Shown here piece by piece: positions 45,101 to 51,556 of a DNA stretch of 64,000 nucleotides. Where the stretch lies: contig JAZLLJ010000030.1 in NCBI GenBank assembly GCA_045598065.1, positions 7,832 to 71,831 of the forward strand, read 5' to 3'. The translations under genes were made by a program, and so were the position numbers. The DNA comes from Acutalibacteraceae bacterium (GTDB taxonomy: Bacteria; Bacillota; Clostridia; Oscillospirales; Acutalibacteraceae). Under the pieces are notes generated by a model. That model made no database searches and was not told the origin of the DNA. It worked only from the letters and a program-made list of their open reading frames with translations. How positions within the stretch are numbered: the first letter of the stretch is position 1; each line of letters starts with the position of its first letter.

Positions 45101-47131
45101 ATCGGTTTCGACGTCGCTTTCTTTGTTTTCGGAACTTTCTTCAAATTCCCCTTTACGGTTGGCGGTCTCTTCATCGCCACCGTTCACATAAATCGGCTCT
45201 TCACCGGGTTTCTCCTTGTCAGAGGCGCCATAAGAGCACATAATCGTCGATTTATCGAAATCACGGGTAATAATCCAGTTGGAAGTGACTTTGCCGGTAC
45301 CGGCGCCCTCTCCCCGTTCATGAAGTTCCAAAACGCGATGGCCGATCCATTCGGGATCGTAGATGATAAGGCTCTTCATCTGCCAGTCGTCGGCGTAGGT
45401 GGAATTCATAGATATATCAAACGACTTGAATTGAGAGACATCGTCCACATCCATAAAGAACATAATCTCTCCACCGGGACGCAGCCCATAATAGCGATGG
45501 TAATCCGGAAATGCCGAACCGTCATCGTAGAATACGTTATCATAGTACGGCCAATATCCATAGAAATCCTCGGGTGCGGTAATCAATGAGTAGGTTTTGG
45601 TGGTTTTGGTAACACCGGAGGTGGATTGATAGGTGAATTTAATTTTCACCTCAGACGTCGTGCCTGCATCTTTGGGCGTATCGGTCTTGATAACGACCAC
45701 GTAGCGACCTTTATAATCGGGCGACAAATCAGCACCGGTGTCATTTTCTTTCACCGAAAGCGTTTTCGGCGAGTCATAAGACAGCGTAATACCGCTGTTT
45801 CCTTCCGCCATCACATACGCAATCGGAATACCGTTGATAGTGTAGAACAAATCCGTCTCACCGTCACCGGTATATTCCAGTTGATCAACATTCTTATACA
45901 GTTTGAAGGACGAAATGGACAGCGTATCTTTTTCGAGTTTATCTTTCGTCCAGTTCTCTAAATCCGGTGAGAGTCTCCCTGAAACGGTGTTTTTAATCCC
46001 CGCGAGTTCAGGCACATCCAAGGTGTAGGACAGTTTGCAGGAAGTCATTTTCTTGAACGCAGGAAGCTTACCGGAGAACACTAACTGCTCTCCCTGCTGC
46101 AACACTTTCCACGGGCACAACGCTTTGTCGTATTCAGCATACCCGTTTTCCGTCGACCACGCAGCCGCGCTGGAAAGCACCGGGAGTTTTGCTGAATACG
46201 AAACACCGCCGACATCTTCATAGGTGATATCCAGCATCAGCACCTCTTTGATAAGTATCATATCCCGGAACGGACACTCGATCATCATTTTTTCAATACC
46301 GGCTTTATAAAAATCCGCAATATCGATTTCAAACAAGTATTCGTCGCTGTCATGGGTGGAATACGCCTCGTTGTTACCGCTGACGAACTGGTAATCGCCG
46401 CCGGAGGGGGCAAAGCAAAACACCTTGTCATTGCCGGACAGGTTTAAATCCACCGTCTTGTTGAAAGAGTAAATCGCTTTGCCGGAGAAATCAATGAACA
46501 GACTGGTAGAATAATATCCAATCATCTGCAGGCCGTAAAGCGTTTCCACTTTATAAATGCTGATACCTTTACAGGTCCACCCCTTCTTGTAGGTAGAAGA
46601 GTAATGTTCGTGAACGTCCACCGAGGTAATGCTGTCCACCGTGTAGTGCGGCGTAAACAGAATCTCATCGGTACTGTTGGGCATCAGCATATTGCTCGAC
46701 ATTAGATTATCAATGTCAACGGTATAGCCGGTATAGTTTTCGACGTTGCTCAGGCGTTTTTCCAAACCGCTGACAGACATCGCTAATTCATAGGTACTTT
46801 CTTTCGGATGGGAATTCGGCGACACAAATTCCACACGGGACACGCCACCCTTGTCCTTATAATGCACTGCAAAATAACTGACGTCCGCGCCGCCGTTGAC
46901 ACCGGTGGAAACGCGAAGGAGATAGGTGTTTTCACAGGCTTTCCCTTCCTGTGAAGCAACACTAACACCGCCGGATGACTTACTTATCCCTTCGTTTGCC
47001 GCAGATGCCGGCAAAGCAGGTGCAATATAAGGCATGACAAAGCAGAGGATCAGCAAAAGCGCCGTAAAACGCCATACTGTCCTCTTTGCTTTTTGCAAAG
47101 AATGCCGTGTTGTCGAGTGTTCCATAGCCAT
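42173..47131 (-). CDS. giant secreted protein (1652 aa) built from repeated beta-sandwich (PLAT/LH2-like) modules with a Thr/Glu/Pro-rich C-terminus
   Basis: Signal-like N-terminus (FTALLLILCFVMPYIAPALPASAANEG). At least 6-8 modules follow the pattern Y.v.v.T....G(T/A)....v...f....G......f.....d...i..i.i......W....i.v. No LPXTG motif and no C-terminal TM. Confidence 0.75.
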   Translation of the reverse strand: MAMEHSTTRHSLQKAKRTVWRFTALLLILCFVMPYIAPALPASAANEGISKSSGGVSVASQEGKACENTYLLRVSTGVNGGADVSYFAVHYKDKGGVSRVEFVSPNSHPKESTYELAMSVSGLEKRLSNVENYTGYTVDIDNLMSSNMLMPNSTDEILFTPHYTVDSITSVDVHEHYSSTYKKGWTCKGISIYKVETLYGLQMIGYYSTSLFIDFSGKAIYSFNKTVDLNLSGNDKVFCFAPSGGDYQFVSGNNEAYSTHDSDEYLFEIDIADFYKAGIEKMMIECPFRDMILIKEVLMLDITYEDVGGVSYSAKLPVLSSAAAWSTENGYAEYDKALCPWKVLQQGEQLVFSGKLPAFKKMTSCKLSYTLDVPELAGIKNTVSGRLSPDLENWTKDKLEKDTLSISSFKLYKNVDQLEYTGDGETDLFYTINGIPIAYVMAEGNSGITLSYDSPKTLSVKENDTGADLSPDYKGRYVVVIKTDTPKDAGTTSEVKIKFTYQSTSGVTKTTKTYSLITAPEDFYGYWPYYDNVFYDDGSAFPDYHRYYGLRPGGEIMFFMDVDDVSQFKSFDISMNSTYADDWQMKSLIIYDPEWIGHRVLELHERGEGAGTGKVTSNWIITRDFDKSTIMCSYGASDKEKPGEEPIYVNGGDEETANRKGEFEESSENKESDVETDLDWNKLKHSMTYKESMQDLGFNRVRGTYEVEVQVAGNDSANEKDGDTGSKNLFYFQLTFQGGNSGYVLANQQLTADGFRAGEKESFTIYTNQDLGDLTAIRILPDDSDTNESTDIFDKLNIKSITVTKKSSAVASTSWFFDNVGWIKIDYRDDAPKNTASGLQGRNASDLVREFTVSGKGVSSNLMVSITTDPYNVAAEDTYSGEAFDSQFEGTVTATVTYINKDGEQKKNFDVVQKMYEYNGQQPRYETREGKSLGKMTGESGGEVVCAVSNREYMFREGHTDRFFISLTDVTSIKKIELFARDVYGTTWNIKEVKVWQLLENGTLRLNCVDEFQRHTDNQMKLITKSDQNTYAVILPPNQDEGNQVITFEDNTIVTKESEEGWSSTITRKPENRNDSLNVYVYMAENAQSPVKVSNGQTTKVYDLRAELTYESSDHDGPMRMTVNGLNYDTTDRVFYATGITAYGFTTLNKTNLVVPSLDKVSALVDHMIVQHVRSGVVIGYYYMDYHTPGTGNPINVFSSTGEQFPSSKHSISTEQQIVTMLFGKDTVASGLVAEASDVAISIRYTLKGDPLGKEYSSPYVFLTDVKTKDADGQEIMKYAAVKPGLLVQVPFAIPNLKEITGITVAGTGSVNASVDGMTVGCYPIQGDTSTPTKWYNFAAAAKLTATPVLMSVTDVNVAPVEITVTTAESTDVVSSSTADPIRMTIGYVSQDGRQTRTMAIDDVRAYMTDGKLEAGKTATFSFLMKNCSEIRYVVIEPHSKEPYSQAAWGIENLKVRTIVDGKEQLAERKLSDPIIREGDPRTINLCNISISTKTSFYNSKVEKSSTINSDSQGKSAVLVYSGDQVTIKPTVNGSLAGYGYTVSAVKAVGDAVSEVDCFTKNGSQIVFDSPRNTTGGIEVYRVIITSDENPAVQAVVEISVEAENTMLTTTEPTTASTEPTPTEETSPETTETVASGSETEVTEPTTTSVTE

Positions 47132-47226
47132 TCCTCCAAGTTTCCGCGTTTTGCAAGGTTTCTCTAACCAAAAAAGGGAAAAACGCGGTGAAAGGTTACA
47201 TTATTAAAGAGAATATTTTCCGATAC

Positions 47227-47532
47227 TTATCCGTTATCAATATGCAAAAGCCCTGCAAATCCGGTCATTTCAAATACTTCCATCACCATACGGTTAACAC
47301 GGCGAAGGACCAGTTCTCCCTCTCGCTTACGCATTTTGATGTGGAGATTTTTAAGAATGCGCAGACCGGCGGAAGAAACGTACTCCATTCCTTCCATATT
47401 CAAAATCACACGGGAAAACCGTTCGGAAACGTTTTCAAAAATCGTTTCCATTTCCTTTGACGTTACCGAATCCAGTCGGCCCATCAGAATGAGTTCTCCT
47501 TCATCCCCTCGGTTAATCAGTTTTACTTTCAT
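47227..47532 (-). CDS. STAS-domain protein (anti-sigma-factor antagonist, SpoIIAA/RsbV-like)
   Basis: About 101 aa from MKVKLINRGDEGELILMGRLD. Conserved phospho-serine context MEYVSSAGLRIL. The ORF extends to 47571, but the internal Met gives the normal STAS length. Confidence 0.8.
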   Translation of the reverse strand: MKVKLINRGDEGELILMGRLDSVTSKEMETIFENVSERFSRVILNMEGMEYVSSAGLRILKNLHIKMRKREGELVLRRVNRMVMEVFEMTGFAGLLHIDNG

Positions 47533-47571
47533 AGCAGGAAAAGAGAACCTCCTTTCTGTCCTTTGTTTCAC

Positions 47572-50500
47572 TTAACCACGTTTCGAATTATAATGCGCCA
47601 GTTCTTCAATCGTAATGGCAATTACGGTCTCACCGTAATCTTTCATACGATCAATCGGCGACACATCGCCAAGGCGCTTGGCTTCCATAACCAAAAGCGA
47701 CATAATATCGAAGCCGGATTTCTTCTTTTCCTCGTCGCCTTCGGCAGCGGAATCCGGTTTTTCCGCCGGTTTTTCTTCCGGTTTTTCCGTCGGTTTTTCT
47801 TCCGGTTTTTCCGTCGGTTTTTCTTCCGGTTTTTCCGCCGGTTTTTCTCCCGGCTTTTCTTCCGGTTTTTCTGCCGCCGGCGTCTCTGCTTTTTCGGCAA
47901 CAGGCGGTATGTCGTTGGCCTCGTCTCTATCCACAGTCACTGTGCCGGAAGCGCCCGGAATCATACCCGGCACCTCATACTGCGCCACCGTAGGCTCCGT
48001 TGCCAATCCGCCGGAAGCATTCGTTCCACGCTCCACTGCCAAAGCGGCATCCACGGCGCGGCGAATCTCCTCCTGCATAGCATCGTGGCTGAATTTAGAC
48101 AAAAGTTCCGCCAACAACCGCTCTGTTTCGCCGGAAGAAGCCGGTGCCTGCACCACAACAGGTTGCATCAAAGGTGTGGCCGACGCCGCGATAAGCGCCG
48201 GATCCACCGTCGGAACGACCGGAGCGGAAACCGCGTTGCTCTCGGGCAGGTCGAACTCCTCTTCCAGCTCGATTTCTTCTGTAAAGGCAACCGCCTTTTC
48301 AGAAGAACGTTTAGTTTCTTCGGCGGCAAGTTCTTCTTCCTCGGTAATCTCTTCAAATACCACGTGCGCACGAGCTTCTTTTTCAACGATTTCCTCTTCC
48401 ATAACCTTCTTCACGTGGACATTCTGTTCGTGAATTTCACGGGAATCGCCCATAAAGTCATCCCATGCGGCTTCACCGTCGTCATCACGGAAATAACGGG
48501 AAATATACTCCCGTTCTTTGAACATCGCCACAACGTCCTCCGGCACTGCCACCTTAAAGGTGGAACGGCTTTGGGGCGACATAATAGCAAATGCCTGACC
48601 GCGAGGAGCAGAAATAATTTCTTCCTGCTCACTTTCGTTGATTCCGCCCGCTTTTTCATACAGCGTGCACAAATCTTCCATATCGTTCGGCGCCAAAGAG
48701 AACACAAAACTGTATTGGCAGGCATTAATGATAGCCGTGGATTTGCGAGCAATTTCTTCCGAGCCCACAAAGTCCTTGATGTTCTGGGTAATGACAATCT
48801 GCATACCGTTGTATTTACGAATACGCTTCGCCAACTGATACATAAAGTCAAGCGCGACCGGGAATTTGGTATCAATAAACACGTGTGCCTCATCAATAAC
48901 TACCACAATTTTACGCTTGACACCGTAACGCATATTGTAGTCGCGGTTTTTGATGATCTCGTTGTCGATGTATTTCAGCACCAAAAGCATCTGTGCATTG
49001 GCAATGGTGCCGTTACGGTTGGCAAGCAAGCTTTGGAAGTTGAACACCGTGAAGTTCTCGTCGGTCGTAACCGTAGACGGACCGTTCCAAATGTTGGCGT
49101 TGCGCCCACCGGCAGAGAATTTCGCAATGTAGTTCATCAGCGTACGAAGCATAGTGCGAATATACTCGTTGTCGGTGGTCTGGAACTCCGACAGCACCGC
49201 ATCGTACAAGTCATCAAACACCGGGTAATCTTCCGGGCGCAGACGGCTCAAATCCGTTTCGGCGGTGATACCCATATTGGTATACATCCGGTCGATAATG
49301 GAGTTTAAGTATTCCATCGCATCGCGGTCGCAATCCGGCAGAATCTGGCGGAAGAACTCCTCTAAGAACTGCAGGTGTGTCGCATAACTGCCCGAAACCG
49401 TCTCCGTTCCCTCTTCGTCATCATCCAAAGCGGTGATGATATGGAACGGGTTGAGTCGCCCATATTGCGCGTTGCCCACGTTGATAAACTTGCCGTGGAG
49501 GTTGTGCGCCAATTCGGTATATTCATTTTCCGGATCAAGGATAAAGATTTTGCTGTCATCTGCAGCCAAGTTAGCAAGCAGACTCTTGGTGGCATAGGAT
49601 TTACCGGAACCGGATTTACCCACAATCACCATATTGGAGTTAACGCGCTCGGAATCGCGGCGGAAGAAGTCAATAAACACCGGCACGCCGTCCGATTGAC
49701 CGAGTTTAATACCCTTTTCATCCGAAATGTGGGCGAAAATCCACGGATAGGAAGCCGCAACAGAGTTGCTGGGAATTCCGCGGCCGTCTTTGTGCATAGG
49801 ATCCCACGCGCTGATTTGACTGCCCACAAACGCATGGACTTGGTCAAAGTCCATATTGTTAAGGCGCAGGTTGGATTCACTGTAAAGTCGACGGACCGTG
49901 CGTTTCATATTGGTGATGTTGGCAAGCGACGACTCTTTCAATTTGGGATCGTCGTTAAGCACGCACGTTTGGTTGATATCGTAGCAAGTCACGTAGATGT
50001 TGACCGAAAGAAGGGTTTCGTTATCCCCTTGCAGTGTGGCCAGTAAATCGCTTAACGTCTCAATGTGTTCTTGCAGTTCAATACGTTTGGAATCGATACC
50101 GGTAGCACGATATTGGGCGCGCAGTTCTTGCAGCGAGAAGTCGATGGCACGCACCGATTTATTGCGGTCCATCGGCGTGCATTTCACCACCACTTTGGTG
50201 GCCGGCATAGACATTACACCGGCAAGCCACGCATCGCCGACAACCGACGGATAGTTGACCACTCGCATATTGTGGGTAACAATTTGGTTAACGAGAACCG
50301 TCCGGGCTTTCATCTGCACGTACTGTGGCATCGCCCATTTGGCATAATCCTCGGGTTTCACGTTGTCAATCTCTTTTTCGTCAAAATCCAACGCGTTGGA
50401 ATATTTAAGGAACACTGCCAATTCTTTGTTTCCGAGGCGGTGAACTTTGAGTTCGGCGTTACGCAAAAGGTCCAGCGCAGAATGCACCGCATTGTTCAGT

Positions 50501-51465
50501 TGATTGCGATCGCTGTCGAACAGCACGACGTAATAGAACGGCACCACCACTTTGTCACCGAAGCAGAGATTGCGCAGGTCGTTGATTCGATCATACAGCA
50601 CCTCCACACGGGCTTTCATCTCATCTTCCGAGAGAAAGCCTTTTTCGTAGGACTGTTTCAGTTCGTCCAATTTGTCATACTCATGGTCCAAATGGCTTTC
50701 AAAATCGACCGGTCGCTCAATCTTTACAATGTTGGCGGCAAATTCCGGCGGCAAAGAACGCAGCACACGCCCTAAACCGTTTTCAATGGAGTTTGCGCGG
50801 CGAGAAGGCGAGAAGAAACGGAATTCCACCGGATCAATCTCAATCGCCGCACCGTAATATTTGTTGCCGTATTTGATAAAATTGTCCCGAATATCGGTAA
50901 ACGCTATAATCTCTTCCATCTCAAAAGAGTTAGCGGAAGGCGCGTTTTTCTTTTTCGCTTTTTCGCGTTTTTTCGCGGCACTTTGGTTGGCACGTTTCAG
51001 CCAAATCGCATCTTTTTCCTCATCGGACACGTTTTTGTCCTTCAGGATTTTGTCATCCGCTTTGCGCTCGGCTTTTTCGGCTTTGAGACGCGCCTTGCGG
51101 TTCAACTCGTTTTCCGGCGCCTGCTGTCCGTCCACAAACAGTTCCTCAAACGCCGCTTCTTTCATTCCCTTGTCGTTTTGTAAACGCAAAGAAGCGTCGT
51201 CATAGGTGCGCTCGTAATGGTGGCGATACCCGAAATGCCGCAACATATGGAGCAAAAAGATATAGTTCGGCTCTTTGTCTAAACGCACCAAAAGGATTGC
51301 TGCCAAAAACAGCAATCCTGCGGCAATAAACAGTCGTCCGGGGATGGTCGAAAGCAGAATGAGTAAAATCAGTCCCGCTGCCACAACACCAATGGCAACG
51401 TCTGCAATTCGAACGCCCTTAAAGAACTCGACTTGTACTTTTGTTCTGCCCGGAATCAGGCGCAT
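47572..51465 (-). CDS. VirB3(PrgI)-VirB4-like T4SS ATPase fusion with a ~330-aa acidic repetitive C-terminal tail
   Basis: 1297 aa. Two N-terminal TM helices, then the IEIDPVEFRFFS VirB4 N-domain. Walker A GKSGSGKS is encoded at 49597-49621 and Walker B VVVIDEAHVF at 48877-48906. The tail is rich in E/A/P with (PEEKPxEK)n. Confidence 0.85.
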   Translation of the reverse strand: MRLIPGRTKVQVEFFKGVRIADVAIGVVAAGLILLILLSTIPGRLFIAAGLLFLAAILLVRLDKEPNYIFLLHMLRHFGYRHHYERTYDDASLRLQNDKGMKEAAFEELFVDGQQAPENELNRKARLKAEKAERKADDKILKDKNVSDEEKDAIWLKRANQSAAKKREKAKKKNAPSANSFEMEEIIAFTDIRDNFIKYGNKYYGAAIEIDPVEFRFFSPSRRANSIENGLGRVLRSLPPEFAANIVKIERPVDFESHLDHEYDKLDELKQSYEKGFLSEDEMKARVEVLYDRINDLRNLCFGDKVVVPFYYVVLFDSDRNQLNNAVHSALDLLRNAELKVHRLGNKELAVFLKYSNALDFDEKEIDNVKPEDYAKWAMPQYVQMKARTVLVNQIVTHNMRVVNYPSVVGDAWLAGVMSMPATKVVVKCTPMDRNKSVRAIDFSLQELRAQYRATGIDSKRIELQEHIETLSDLLATLQGDNETLLSVNIYVTCYDINQTCVLNDDPKLKESSLANITNMKRTVRRLYSESNLRLNNMDFDQVHAFVGSQISAWDPMHKDGRGIPSNSVAASYPWIFAHISDEKGIKLGQSDGVPVFIDFFRRDSERVNSNMVIVGKSGSGKSYATKSLLANLAADDSKIFILDPENEYTELAHNLHGKFINVGNAQYGRLNPFHIITALDDDEEGTETVSGSYATHLQFLEEFFRQILPDCDRDAMEYLNSIIDRMYTNMGITAETDLSRLRPEDYPVFDDLYDAVLSEFQTTDNEYIRTMLRTLMNYIAKFSAGGRNANIWNGPSTVTTDENFTVFNFQSLLANRNGTIANAQMLLVLKYIDNEIIKNRDYNMRYGVKRKIVVVIDEAHVFIDTKFPVALDFMYQLAKRIRKYNGMQIVITQNIKDFVGSEEIARKSTAIINACQYSFVFSLAPNDMEDLCTLYEKAGGINESEQEEIISAPRGQAFAIMSPQSRSTFKVAVPEDVVAMFKEREYISRYFRDDDGEAAWDDFMGDSREIHEQNVHVKKVMEEEIVEKEARAHVVFEEITEEEELAAEETKRSSEKAVAFTEEIELEEEFDLPESNAVSAPVVPTVDPALIAASATPLMQPVVVQAPASSGETERLLAELLSKFSHDAMQEEIRRAVDAALAVERGTNASGGLATEPTVAQYEVPGMIPGASGTVTVDRDEANDIPPVAEKAETPAAEKPEEKPGEKPAEKPEEKPTEKPEEKPTEKPEEKPAEKPDSAAEGDEEKKKSGFDIMSLLVMEAKRLGDVSPIDRMKDYGETVIAITIEELAHYNSKRG
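47750..47880. repeat. 12/24-bp in-frame tandem repeat inside the VirB4-like tail
   Basis: CCGGTTTTTCCG/CCGGTTTTTCTT units repeated about 10 times, encoding PAEKPEEKPTEKPEEKPTEKPEEKPAEKP. Confidence 0.85.
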
Positions 51466-51509
51466 AGGGGTTCACCTCCCAAAAGGTTCGGGGTTTATAA
51501 CGGGGTTTA

Positions 51510-51545
51510 CCCGACCGCGCAAAACACTTTTTTTGCGCGGTCGGG
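51510..51545 (-). promoter_or_regulatory. strong intra-operon stem-loop between the VirB6-like and VirB4-like genes
   Basis: CCCGACCGCGCAAAA-n6-TTTTGCGCGGTCGGG (15-bp stem). No T-run on the minus strand, so a partial terminator or mRNA-stability element is more likely than a full stop. Confidence 0.5.
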
Positions 51546-51556
51546 GATGCTAAAAT

